Below, one piece after another: positions 37,101 to 50,771 of a stretch of 64,000 nucleotides of DNA (position 1 is its first letter; each line of letters opens with the position of its first letter). Both the position numbers and the translations under genes were made by a program. This DNA comes from Felis catus (Eukaryota). The notes under the pieces were generated by a model, which was given only the letters and a program-made list of their open reading frames with translations, was not told the DNA's origin and ran no database searches. The DNA is taken from contig NC_058368.1 of NCBI RefSeq assembly GCF_018350175.1, positions 163,000,001 through 163,064,000 on the forward strand. Reading direction: 5' to 3'.

Positions 37101-40100
37101 ATGGCACAAAAATCGTATCTTTCAGTACTTACTCTGTCAATGAACTAAACGCTCCAACCAAAAGATATAGGGTATCAGAATAGATAAGAAAGCAAAACCC
37201 ATCTATATGCTGCTTCCATGAGACTCATTTGAGACCTAAAGACACCTGCAGATTGAAAGGAAGGGGATGGAGAATCATCTATCATGCTAATGGTCATCAA
37301 AAGAAAGCTGAAGTAGCAATACTTATATCAGACAAACTATATTTTAAAATAAAGTCTGTAACAAGAGATGAAGAAGGGCATCATACAGTAATTGAGTGGT
37401 CTATCCACCAAGAATATCTAAAAATTGTAAATTTTTATGCCCGCAATGTGAAGAACCAAAATATATAAATCAATTAATCACAAACATAAAGAAACTCATT
37501 GATAATAATACCATAATAGTAGGGGACTTCACACCACACTTACAACAATGGACAGATCATGTAAGCAGAAAATCAACAAGGAAACAATGGCTTTGAATGA
37601 CACAATGGACTGGATGGACTTAACAGATATATTCAGAACATTTCATCCTAAAGCAGCAGAATACACATTCTTCTCAAGTGTTCATGGAACATTCTCCATA
37701 ATAGATTACATACTGGGACACTAATCAGCCCTCAACAAGCACAAAAAGATCGTGATCATACCTTGCACATTTTCAGAACACAACACTATGAAACTCAAAA
37801 TAAACCACAAGAAAGAATTTGGAAAGACCATGAATACTTGGAGATTAAAGAACATCCTACTGAAGAATGAATGGGTTAACAAAGAAATTAAAGAAGAAAT
37901 TTAAAAAGCACATGGAAGCCAATGAAAACACAACAGCCCAAAACCTCTGGAATGCAGCAAGGGTAGTCAGAGGAGGGAAATATATAGCAATCCAGGCCTT
38001 CCTAAAGAAGGAAGAAAGGTCTCAAATACACAACCTAATCTTACACCTAAAAGAGCTGGAAAACGAATAGCATAAAAAGCTCAAAACCAGCAGAGGAAGG
38101 GAAAAAATAAAGATTAGAGCAGAAATCAATGATATCAAAACAACAACAACAATAAAAAAAAACAGTACAACAGATCAATGAAACCAAGAGCTGGGTCTTT
38201 GAAAGAATCAACAAAAATTGCTAAACACCTAGGCAGAATGACCAAAAATAAAAAGGAAAGGACACAAATAAATAAAATCAAGAATGAAAGAGGAGAGATG
38301 ACAACCAACACCACAGAAATACAAACAATAATAAGAAAATATTATGAACTGTTATCTGCCAACAATTGGGCAATCTGGAAGTAGACAAATTCCTAGAAAC
38401 ACGTAAACTACCAAAACTGAAACAGGAAGAAATAGAAAATTTTAACAGACCCATAACCAGTAAATAAATTGAATCAGTAATAAAAAATCTCCCAACAAAC
38501 AAGGGTCCAGGGCCTGATGGCTTTCCAGGGGAATTCTACCAAACATTTAAACAGGTAACACCTATTTTTTTGAAGCTGTTACAAAAAATAGAAATGGAAG
38601 GAAAACTTCCAAACTCATTCTACAAGGACACCATTACCTTGATTCTAAAACTAGACAAAGACCCCACTAAAAAGGAGAACTACAGACCAATTTCCCCAAA
38701 GAACATGGATGCAAAGATTCTCAGCAAGATCCTAGCCAACTGGATCCAACAATACATTAAAATAATTATTCACCATGATCAAGTAGAATTTATTCCCAGC
38801 ATGCAAAGCTGGTTTAATATCTGCAATCAATCAATGTGATACATCGTATTAACAAAAGAAAGGATAAGAACAACATGATCCTCTCAATAGATGTGGAAAA
38901 AGCATTTGACAAAATACAGCATCATTTCTTGATAAGAACCCTCAAGAAAGTAGGGATAGAGGATTGTACCTCAAGATCAAAAAGACCATATGTGAAAGAC
39001 ACACTGCTAATATCATCCTCAATGGGGAAAAACTAAGAGCTTTCTCCCTAAGGTCAGGAACACAACAAGGATGTCCACTCTCACCAGTTATTCAACATAG
39101 TGTTGGAAATCCTAGCCTCAGCAATCAGACAACATAAATAAATAAAAGACATCCAAATCAGCAAGGCAGAAGTCAAACTTTCACCCTTTGCAGACGACAT
39201 GATACTCTATGTGGAAAACCCAAAAGACTCCACCAAAAAACTGCTAGAACTGATACATAAATTTGGCAAAGTCGCAGGATATAAAATCAATGTACAGAAA
39301 TTCGTTGCATTGCTATGCACAAATAATGCAGCAGCAGAAAGAAAAATCAAGGAACTGATCCCAGTTATAATCACACCAAAAAACATAAAATACCCTGGAA
39401 TAATCCTAACCAAAGAAGTGAAAAATCTATACACTGAAAACTATAGAAAGCATATTAAAGAAATTGAAGAAGACACAAAAAATGGAAAAATATTCCATAC
39501 TTCTGGATTGGAAGAACAAACATCGTTAAAATGTCAATACTACCCAAAGCAATCTGCATATTCAATGTAATCCCTATCAAAATAACACCAGCATTCTTCA
39601 CAGAGCTAGAGAAAACAATCCTAAAATTTGTATGGAACCAGAAAAGACACTGAATAGACAAAGTAATGTTGAAAAAGAAAACCAAAGCTGGAGGCATCAT
39701 AATTCTGGACTTCAAGTTGTATTACAAAGCTGTAAGCATCAAGACAGTATGATATTGGCACAAAAACAGACACATAGATTAAGGAACACAATAGAGAATT
39801 AAGAAATGGAACCACAAATGTATGGCCAAATCACCTTTGACAAAGCAGAAAAGAATATCCAATGGAAAAAAGACAGTCTCTTCAGCAATTGGTATTGGCA
39901 AAACTCCACAGTGACATGCAGAAGAATAAACCTGGAACACTTTCTTACACCACACACAAAAATAAACTCAAAATGGATGAAAGACCTAAACATAAGACAG
40001 AAAGCCATCAAAATCCTACAGGAGAAAGCAGGTAAATACCTCTTTGACCTCGGCCTTAACAACTTCTTACTCAACGTGTCTCCAGAGGCAAGGGAAACAA

Positions 40101-40713
40101 AGCAAAAATGAACTATCAGGACCTCATCAAAATAAAAATCTTCTGCACAGTGAAGGAAACAATCAGCAAAACTAAAAGGCAACTGACAGAATGGGAGAAG
40201 ATATTTGTAAATGACATATCAAATAAAGGGTTAGTATCCAAAAGGTATAAAGAACTTATCAAACTCAACACCCAAAAAATAAATAATCTAGTGAAGAAAT
40301 GGGTGGATGACATGAATAGACACTTCTCCAAAGAAGACATCCAGATGGCCAACCGACACATGAAAAATGCTCAACATCACTCATCATCAGGGAAATCCAA
40401 TCAACATCACAATGAGATACCACGTCACACCTGTCAGAATGGCTAAAATTAACAACTCAGGCAACACAGGTGTTGGCAAGGATGTGGAGAATGGGGAACC
40501 CTTTTGCATTGCTGATGGATATGCAAACTGGTGTAGCCATGCTGGAAAATATTATGGAGGTTCTTCAAATTATTAAAAACAGAATTACCCTATGACCTAG
40601 CAAGTGCACTACTAGGTATCTATACAAATGATACAGGAAGGCTGATTTGAAGGGGCACATGTACCTCAATGTTTATAGCAGCACTATTAGTAAATAGTAT
40701 ATAGTACTGTATA

Positions 40714-40788
<75 letters not shown>

Positions 40789-40910
40789 ATATACAGTGTA
40801 TATAAAGTATAGTATAGTATATATAAGGGAATAATTTTTGGTGATCAAAAAGAATGAAATCTTGCCAGTTGCAACAACATGGGTGGAACTAGAGTGTATT
40901 ATGCTAAATG
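37101..40910 (+). pseudogene. L1-B ORF2p (APE endonuclease and reverse transcriptase), disrupted
   Basis: [26 protein letters not shown] (39187-39201) and [10 protein letters not shown] fragments in shifting frames. Confidence 0.93.
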
Positions 40911-41220
40911 AAATAAGAGAAACACAAATATCATATGATTTCACTCATATGTGGAATTTAAGATACAAAACAGATGAAATAAAGGAAGGTAAGCAAAAAT
41001 AATATAAAAACAGAGAGGGAGACAAACCATAAGAGACTTAAATACAGAGGACAAACTGAGGTTTGCTGGCAGGTGCCAGGTGGGGGAGGGTGCTAAAGGG
41101 GTGAAGACATTAAGGAGGACACTTGGAATGAGCACTAGGAGTTACATGTAAGCAGTGAATTACTAAATTCTATTCCTGAAATTATTATTACACTATGTGT
41201 TAACTAAATTGGTTTTAAAT

Positions 41221-41268
<48 letters not shown>

Positions 41269-43766
41269 ATAGGTTTTTTAACAAAACAAAACAAAACAAA
41301 ACAGCAAGACAAAACAAAACATTTAAATACAAAGGAAATATCATAAGGCTATCAGATTTTTTACCAGAAACTTCCCAAGCTAGAAAGGAGTTACATGATA
41401 TATTCACAGTGCTGAATGGGAAATACCTGCAGCCAAGAATACTCTATCCAGCAAAGCTATTATTCAGAATAGAAGGAGAGATAAAGAGTTTCCCAGATGA
41501 ACAAAGGCTAAAGAAGTTCATGACCACTAAATCAGCCCTATAAGAAATATTAAAGGGTACTCTGAGTGGAAAGGAGATACCAAAATTGATATTATGAAGA
41601 TAGGAAATACAAAAGCAGTAAAAATGAAGAATTCTGTAAAAAATAAGTTTAGGAATTCACAAAATTACAGGATGTAAAACATGACACCATAAAACTACAA
41701 TGTGGGAAGGAAAGGAGTAAAGAATGGGTTCAAACTTAAAAGACCACCAACTTAATATAGACTGCTATATAAAGAAGATGTTATGTACAAACATATGTGT
41801 ATGTACATATGTACATATGTAATGTGCAAAGAATAAAGAGAAAGAAATCCAAGTATATCACTAAAGAAAACCAGCAAACCATGAAAGACAGATAGCTTCA
41901 GATAGAATCTTCAAAAACAACCAGAAAATAAGTAATAAAATGGTAATAAATAAAATCTATCTATAATTTCTTTGAATGTAAATAAACTAAATGCTCCAAT
42001 CGAAAGACATAGGGTGACAGAATAGATTAGAAAAAAAAAACAAAACAAGGCCCATCTATATGCTACCCACAAAAGACTCATTTTAGACCAAAAGACACCT
42101 ATAGACTGAAAGTGAGGGGAGAGAGAAACATTTATCACTCAAATGGATGTCAAATAAAAGCCTAAATTTCAATACTTATTTCAGACAAACTGGACTTTAA
42201 AACAAAGGTTGTAACAAGAGACAAAGAGGACACTGTATAATAATAAAAGGGACAATCTGTCAAGAAGATATAGCAGTTGTAACTATTTATGCACCCAACT
42301 TGAAAGCACCCAAATGCATAAAACAGTTAATAGCATAAAGGAACTAACTGATAATAATATAATAATAATAGGGGACTTGAGCACCCCACTTACATCAATG
42401 GACAGATCATCTAAACAGAAAATCAACAAGAAAACAAAGGCTTTGAATGATACACTGGGCCAGATGGATACAACAAATATATTCATAACATTCCATCTTA
42501 AAACAGAAAAATACACATTCTTTTCAAGTGCACATGAAACATTCTCCAGAATAGATCACATATTGGGCCACAAAGCAATCCTCAACAAATTCAAAAAGAC
42601 TGAAGTAATACCATGCGTCTTTTCTGACACCAATGCTATGAAACTAGAAGATCAACCACAAGAAAAAATCTGAAAGACCACAAATACATGTTAAATAACA
42701 TGCTACTAAACAACAAATAAGTCAACCAGGAAATAAAAGAATAAATACACAGTAGATGGAAACAAAAATGAAAACACAACAGTGCAAAACCTTTGGGACA
42801 CAACAAAAGCAGTTCTCAGAGGGAAGCTTATAGGAATACAGGTCTACCTCAAGAAGCAAGAAAAATCTCAAATAAACAACCTAACCTTACATCTAAAGGA
42901 GCTAGAAAATGAACAACAAACAAGACCTAAAACCAGCAGGAATAAGGAAATAATAACGATCAGAGCAGAAATAGATGAAATAGAAACTTAAAAAAAATTG
43001 ATCCATGAAACCAGGAGCTGGTTCTTTGGAAAAAAAAAATCTATAAAACTGATGAGCCTCTATCCAGATGTATCAAGAAAAAAGGAGAAAGGACCCAAAT
43101 AAATAAAATCACAAATGAGAGAGGAGAAATAATAATAAACACCACAGAAATATAAGCAATTATAACAATATTATGAAAAATTAAATACCAACAAGTTGGA
43201 CAACCAAGAAGAAATGGATAAATTCCTAGAAACATAAACCTACTAAAAGTGAAACAGGAAGAAATAGAAAATTTATACAGACTGAAAACCAGCAAAGTAA
43301 TTAAATCAGTAATCAAAAAACTCACAACAAAGAAAAGTCCAAGACCACATTGCTTCACAAGCAAATTCTACCAAACATTTAAAGTAGAGTTAATACTTAT
43401 TGTTCTCAAACTTTTCCAAAAAGTAGAAATGGAAGGAAGACTTCCAAATTCATTATCTGAGTTCAGAATTACCCTGATACCAAAACCAGATAAAGACACC
43501 ACTAAAAAAGAGAACTACAGGCCAATATCCATGATGAACATGGATGCAAAAATCCTCAACAAAATACCAGCAAGCCAAATCCAACAGTACATTAAAAAAA
43601 CATTCATCACAAGCAAGTAAGATTTATTCCTGGGTTGCAAGGGTGGTTCAATATTAAATCAATCAATGTGATACATTACATTAATAAGAGAAAGGATAAG
43701 AACCATATGATAATTTCAATAAACAAACAAAAAAAAAACACTTGACAAAGCACAACATGCATTTCT

Positions 43767-43865
43767 TTATTTTCAAAGTAGGCTCCACGCCCAACATGGG
43801 ACTTGAACTCATGACCCCAAGATTAAGAGTCAGATGCTCTGCTGACTGAGCCAGTCAGGTGCCCC
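43767..43865 (-). mobile_element. Short CanSINE lacking the CT tract, inserted in L1-C ORF2
   Basis: TSD acaacatgcatttct (43752-43766) / acaacatgaatttct (43866-43880). Confidence 0.92.
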
Positions 43866-45363
43866 ACAACATGAATTTCTGATAAAAATCTTCAACAAAG
43901 TGAGGTAAGAGGGAAAATACCTCAACATAAGAAAGGCCATGTATGAAAAACCCAGAGCAAATATCATCCTTAATGGGTAATAACAGAACCTTATCCCTAA
44001 GGTCTGGAACAAGACAAGGACGTCCACTTTCACCACTTTTATTCAGCATAGTACTGAATAGCATAGCAATCAGACAACAAAAAGAAATAAAAGCCATTAA
44101 AATCAGTAAGGAAGAAGTAGAATTTCACTATTTGCTGATGACATAATACTAAACATAGAAAATTTGAATGACTCCACCATAGAACTGCTAGAACTGGTCA
44201 ATGAATTCAGTAAAGTTGCAGGATACAAATTCAGTCTACAGTAATCTGTTGCATTTGAATTCACCCAATAATGAAGCAGCAGAAAGAAAAATTAAGAAAC
44301 ACTCCCATTTTCAATTGCACTAAAAATAATAACTACAAATAAACTTAACCAAAAGGGTGAAAGACCTATACTCTGAAAACTACAAACCAGTAATGAAAGA
44401 AATTGAAGATGACACAAAGAAATGGAGAGACATTCCATGTTCATGGATTAGAAGAACAAATATTGCTAAAATGTCTATACTACCCAAAGCAAGCTACATA
44501 TTTAATGCAATCCCTACCAAAACACCAACAGCATTTTTCACAGAACAACAACAATCCTAAAATTTGTATGGAACCACAAAAGACCCTAAATAGCCAAAGC
44601 AAACTTGAAAAAGCAAAGCAAAGCTGGAGGCATCCAATTCTGGACTTGAAGTTATATTACAAAGCTGTAATGACCAAAACAGTATGGAATTGGCACAAAA
44701 ATATACACATAGATCAATGGAACAGAATAGAAAACCCAGAAATAAACCCACAATTATATTGTCAATTAATTTTCAACAAAGCAGGAAAGAATATGCAATG
44801 GGAAAAGGACAGTCTCTTCAACAAATGGTGTTGGGAAAACTGGACAACAACATGTAAAAGAATCAAACTGGACTTTCTTTCACCATACGCAAAATAAATT
44901 CAAAACGCATTAAACACCAAAATCCAAGACTTGAAATCATAAAAATCCTAGGAAAGAGCACCGGCAGTGATTTTTCTGACACCAGCCATAGCAACTTTTT
45001 TCTAGTTAGGTCTCCTGAGGCAAGAGAAACAAAAGCAAAAAACAAGAACAAAAACAAAAAAAGAAAAAACTATTGGGACCACATCAAAATAAAAGCTTTT
45101 GCACAGGGAAAGAAACAATCAACAAAACTAAAACTATTAAATGGAGAAAGATATTTATAAATGGCATATCCCATACAGAGTTAGTATCCAAAATATGTAA
45201 AGAACTTATATAGCTCCACACCCAAAAAACAAACCATCCAATTTAAAAATGGGCAGAAGACATGAACAGACATTTCACCAAAGAAGATATACCATCAACA
45301 GACACATGAAAAGGTGTTCATCATCATTTACCATCACAGAAGTGTAAATCAAAACTACAATGA

Positions 45364-45590
45364 GGGGCACCTGAGTGGCTCAGGCAGTTAAGCATCTGAC
45401 TTTGGCTCAGGTGATGATCTCACTGCTCATGAGTTCAAGCCCAAGCTGTGTTGTACCCAAGCTGTCAAGCTGTGCTGACAGCTCGGAGCCTGGAACCTGC
45501 TTCAGATTCTGCCTCCATCTCTCTGCCCCTCCCCTGCTCTCTCTCTCTCTCAAATATAAAATAAAACATAAAAAATAAAATAAATAAATA
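45364..45590 (+). mobile_element. CanSINE inserted in L1-C ORF2
   Basis: ggggcacctgagtggctcagg head; L1 resumes after the tail. Confidence 0.95.
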
Positions 45591-45862
45591 AAATGACATA
45601 TCAACTCACAGCTGTCAGAATGGCTTAAATCAACAACACAAAAAACAAGAGGCGTTGGTGATGATGTGGAGAAAAATGAACATTCCTGCACTGTCAGTGG
45701 GAATACAAACTAGTATAGCCACTGTGGAAAAGAGTATGAAGATTCCTCAAAAAGTTAACAATAGAACTGCTCTATGACCCAGCAATCACATGACTGAGAA
45801 TATAAAAATACTAAATCAAAGAGATATGTGCACCCCTATGTTATAGCAGCAAGCATATCGTG

Positions 45863-46135
45863 TGTATATATATATAATATATAGTATATATGTATACATA
45901 TACATATATATTATAATATAATAATATAATTCTTATATTATATAATTATATTATATAATTATTATATAATATAATACAATATATATGTATATATAATATA
46001 TAGTACATATGTATACATATACATATATATTATAATATAATAATATAATTCTTATATAATTATATTATATAATTATTATATATAATATAATACAATATAT
46101 ATGTATATGTATATATATACATATATAATATTATC
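45863..46135. repeat. AT-rich low-complexity tract with ~119-bp tandem duplication
   Basis: Landmarks tagta, aattctta and aatacaat each occur twice ~116-119 bp apart. Confidence 0.9.
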
Positions 46136-46444
46136 ATACAGCCATAAGAAAGAATGAAGTTGTGCCATTTGCAACAACATGGATGGAACTAGAGAGTACA
46201 ACGCTAAGCAAAATAAGTCAGCCAGAGAAATACAAATACCATATGATTTCATTCATATATGGAATTTATGAAATAAAACAAAGAGTAAAGGGGAAAAAAG
46301 AGAGAGACAAACCAAGAAACAAACTCTTAACTATAGAGAACAAACTGGTTACCAGAGGGGAGGTGGGCAGGGAGATGGGTGAAATAGGTGATGGGGATTA
46401 AGGAGTGCACCTGTCATGATGAGCACTGGGTTATTAAAATAAAA

Positions 46445-46883
46445 ATTAAAAAATGGGCAGAAGACCTGAAAAGACATTTTTATAAAGAAGACATTCTGCT
46501 AGCCACAGACATATGAAAAGATGCTCAACACCACTAATTATCAGAGAAATGACATATCACCTCTCATCTGTTAGGATATCTATTATAAGCCAGATAAGAA
46601 ATAACAAGTGTTGGTCAGGATGTGGAGAAAAGTGAACCCTTGTTCATTTTTTCTCAGAATGGCAATTGGTGCAGCTACAATGGAAAACAGTATGGAGGGT
46701 CCTGAAAAAATTAAAAATATAACTACCATATAATCCAACAATTCTACTCTGGGTATTTTCTGAAGAAAATAAAACACTTAAAGAGATTCATGCAACTCCA
46801 TGTTCACTGCAGCTAATATACCATAACTAAGATCTGGAAGCAATCTAAGTGTTCATTATGAGATGAATAAATACATGAGATGT

Positions 46884-46935
<52 letters not shown>

Positions 46936-47400
46936 ATGGAATATTATTCAGCCATAAATAGAATGAAATCTTGCCATTCACAACAACATGGGTGTACCTA
47001 GGGGGTATTATGTTGTGTAAAATTAGCCAGAGAAAGACAAAATACCATGTAATTTCTCTTATATGTGGAATCTATAAAACAGAATGAATAAGCAAACAAA
47101 AACAGAAACATACCCATAAATACAGAGATTGGTAGTTGCCAGAGACAAGGGGAGTGAGAGAAAGGATGAATGGATGAAGGGGATTAAGAGGTACAAACTT
47201 CCAGTTATAAAACAAGTCACAGGGATAAAAAGTATAGCACGGGAATATAGTCAATATTATTGTAATAATGTTGTTTGGTGACAGATGGTAACCACAGTTA
47301 GTATGGTGAACACAGTGTAATGTATAGAATTATTGAATCACTGTTGTACACCTGAAACTAATATAACATTATATGTCAAATATAGTTTAATAATAAAATT
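46445..47400 (+). mobile_element. L1-A 3' part (L1MA9-like 3' UTR) with (CA)n at 46885-46933
   Basis: Resumes at aattaaaaaatgggcagaagac, where 34621-34639 left off; aagaggtacaaacttccagttataaa 3' UTR. Confidence 0.9.
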
Positions 47401-47422
47401 TTCTTAAATTTAACCTTTCTAT

Positions 47423-47608
47423 ATGAAGAAAAAACACACAAGTCCAAATTGCTTATTATTACATTCAACAGACATGAATTACTCTGTCAAATTGCTTATA
47501 CAAGTTTCTAAATGCTCACTTTCACCTTCTTTACCTGTCACATTGTGCCCCAGCAACAAACAGCTATGAATCAACATAGGCTCACAAACCACACTTGAAG
47601 TAGCACTA
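47423..47608. mobile_element. hAT-Charlie non-autonomous element, right half
   Basis: attcaacagacat..attactctgtcaaattgct; TIR ttgaagtagcacta followed by acttaagc. Confidence 0.75.
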
Positions 47609-48366
47609 ACTTAAGCCCTGGTGTGCACATGTCTGCAGTTGAAAATCCCTGGTATAGCAAAACAGGAGAAAAGTGTAATGATGTGGTGTTAAAAGCCCAG
47701 GACCGGAAGTCAGGAGGCTTACGTTCTAGACTAGCTCATTTACTCACTAGAACTCTCCACTTCTTCAGTTTTCTCACCAGGAAAATTATTAGATTAGTCT
47801 AGATGGTTTTAGCATTCCTGACCAGCTCTATTTAGCATGTTCTGTTTCTATGACTAAAAATTAAAAAATAAAGATTTGTGAAGGGAAAATGGCTACATAA
47901 TTTGCCATCGGGAAGAGAATGTGGGTAAATTTGTAACTATATTGTTACTCTGTTTGCATGGATGTGGTTCATCCTATTCTCCATGACCCACAAAAACTTT
48001 CATATGGACACAGACATAATAATTCTGCCACCCAAATGACCACTTTAACCACCTACAAGTAATTGGAAAGACTGCAGTAAACTTGAGGCACATCTGAATC
48101 TTCTAATGATGTCTCCCTAATAATTATAACTCTTGTGCAGGTAGCAGTTGTCATATATATGAAGTTTTATAATACTGAGAAACAGGATCCCTAGTCTCAC
48201 ATCTATTAAGCATAGAACAAAAGGGCATAGTCTTCAATTTTACTGTCAGTTACATATGTAATGTCTTTCTCTACTTAAAGCATGCATTGTTCAATTCTGG
48301 AATAGTGTACCAAGAAAGCTTATGTAACTTTTCTTCTTTGAAGATCATTAAAAAGAAGGAAGTTTT

Positions 48367-48585
48367 GGGGTGCCTGGGTGGCTCAGTTGGTTAGGCGTTC
48401 AACTTCGGCTCAGGTCATGTTCTCGCGGTTTGTGAGTTCGAGCTCTGTGTCAGGTTCTGTGCTGACAGATCAGAGCCTGAAGCCTGCTTCGGATTCTGTC
48501 TCGCTCTCTCTCTTCCCCTCCCCTGCTCACGTTTTGCCTCTCTCTGTCTCAAAAATAAATTTAAAAACATTTTAAAAATTTTAAA
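48367..48585 (+). mobile_element. CanSINE
   Basis: TSD aaaaagaaggaagtttt / aaaaaggaggaaatttt. Confidence 0.96.
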
Positions 48586-49410
48586 AAGGAGGAAATTTTT
48601 CTTTGAAAAGATTTGGTAATGACCAATATAAAAGCAAAGCAATGAAGAAGAGGGGCTCCAGCACTGTGATTTGCTGCTGTTGTTGAAGACTTAAGAAAAA
48701 AATTAACTGATGGTAATATTTAGTTTAATTCTCCTGGAAATAATGATATTCCTATTCTTCAGCTCTAATGCCTTTTTTTCAGGCCCAGGTTTCTTCTCAA
48801 ATTCTCTGTGTATTCCATCAATTAGGTCCCAGAAGCTTCTCTCTTCCACTCTACTTCTGGTCCTGAGTTTAGATTCCTTGCTTTTTCATGTGCCTTCTAC
48901 CAGATTAGTCCTGAAGACACAGACAAAGGCATCAGAGTAGAGAACTGCTTCCCCCAGATCACTGAACATTCTATCCTGTGGAGAAATTATTCCAGCTCAA
49001 CCTTTGTAACAATAACACATCACAGCCTTCAGGGTTCAGAGGTGAAAACAGTCTTCCTTTACTGTCTTCAAGAACCTCTAAGAAGGTGAACTCTTCCTCA
49101 GCTATAGACAGAAAACTGGAAAAGTATTGCCTAAATATCCATCCTACCAAGTTCCACAAAGTAGAACTAAAATATCTGCCTTTGCCTGCACAAAATGAAA
49201 ATGTTGTATGGGAAAGTTCTGCAAGGGGACTCAAGAAGTTCTCTGAGCCTGACAAGCCAGTTTCTTTCCTCTCAAGGTTCCACAGTAACTTGAAATGAGA
49301 GTTTTCAATTACTGCCTCTATTTGAACATACAATGTGTGGAATTAATGTTATCTGACTCAGTCAATTCAGTTCAACAAAATGTGTCCTAGCACCTATTAA
49401 GCACAATACA

Positions 49411-49537
49411 GGGCACCTGGGTGGCTCAATCGTTAAATGTCTGACCAGCTCAGGTCATGATCTCATGGTTCCTGAACTCGAGCCCTGCATGAGGTGAGCT
49501 CAAGCACTGTTTCAAGTGAGCCCCACTTCTCTTTCTT

Positions 49538-49603
<66 letters not shown>

Positions 49604-49685
49604 TCTCTCTCTTTCTCTGCTCCTCACTCGTGCCCTTTCTCTCTCAAACAAAACAAAACAAAACAAAACAAAACAAAACAAAAAA
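49411..49685 (+). mobile_element. CanSINE with expanded (CT)n and (CAAAA)n tail, inside an L2 remnant
   Basis: Head gggcacctgggtggctca; repeats directly visible. Confidence 0.95.
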
Positions 49686-50565
49686 CAATCCACTTGTGTT
49701 GCATAAGAGTCACTACATTCCAGCGTCTCTAATCTAGATGAGGAGAAAGATGCACACACACAGATTACTTTAACAAAGGTCAAAACTCTGATAAGTACAA
49801 TGAAAGGGGCTCAGATACCTAAGGGAGCCGAGGGAAAAACTGACTCAATATGAGAAAGGACTTTTAGATGCTAGGGCTTAAAGAATGAGTAAAAATCTTT
49901 TTTATGTTTTTTTTCTTCAAAAGTAATACATCCTCAATATGGAAAATAAATGGCAACAAAAATCACATGCGATCCTATCACCTAAAAATAATTACTTCTA
50001 AAATTCAACATTTTTATCTATGTATATGGAAACATGAATACTCTTTGAAGAAGATGTGATCATCAGTGTATACTCCTTGGTAATCTACTTTTTCCCTTGA
50101 CAATACATAATGAACATTTTTCTATGTCATTAGCTATTCCTTTAATCATAGGTATGGTTCATAAGTTTCATGTTTCCTTTTATTTCTGATCTTGATTATA
50201 GCTGCTTACAGCTTGATGTTAAAAGGATTATGATACCATGTTCTAAGTGAGAAGAAATACTTCAGTCTATTTAGCAATGTCTCCACAGGTTCAAGTTAGG
50301 GAAGCTGTGCTACAAATCCCATTTCTGGTTAAATTCTATGTCTCTTTCAATACCACATATTATCTATCATATTATTGCATGTATATTTCAACAAATTCCA
50401 TACATTTGGACATTCAGGTTATTTTAGATTATTCCATGTTACATATAACACCATGATGAATGTCCTTAGGCATGTATACTTGCCCATTTGCAACTATATT
50501 CTTTACGTAACTTTCTATAATTGTTATTGCTGAATCAAAATATATGTAAAACTCCAAGGATTTTT

Positions 50566-50755
50566 AAAGTTTATTTATTTATTCTTGAAAGAGAGATTGC
50601 GAGCCAGGGAGGGGCAGAGAAAGAGAATCCCAAGCAGGCTCCATGCTGTCAGCACGGGGGCTGATGCGGGGTTTGAACCCACAAACTGTGAGATCATGAT
50701 GTGACCAGAAATCAAAAGTCAGACCCTTAATCAACTTAGCTACCCAGGTGTCCCC
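50566..50755 (-). mobile_element. CanSINE
   Basis: TSD aaggattttt (50556, 50756). Confidence 0.95.
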
Positions 50756-50771
50756 AAGGATTTTTTTTAAA

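Larger units (their letters stand above)
34639..41270 (+). mobile_element. L1-B, near full-length inactive carnivore/feliform LINE-1
   Basis: 5' UTR, ORF1, ORF2, G-rich 3' UTR and (TAAA)n tail; many stops and frameshifts. Confidence 0.93.
41300..46444 (+). mobile_element. L1-C: ORF1 C-terminus, inter-ORF spacer, disrupted ORF2 (from ~41940) and 3' UTR
   Basis: [35 protein letters not shown] (44131-44145). Confidence 0.93.

Noticed and set aside
34639..46444. Active LINE-1
   Set aside because: Both copies have many stops and frameshifts, SINE insertions and microsatellite-associated deletions, despite keeping the FADD motif.
48710..49333. Overlapping antisense ORFs of 106 and 120 aa
   Set aside because: GTG/TTG starts, no recognisable homology in any frame I translated, and no retrocopy hallmarks.
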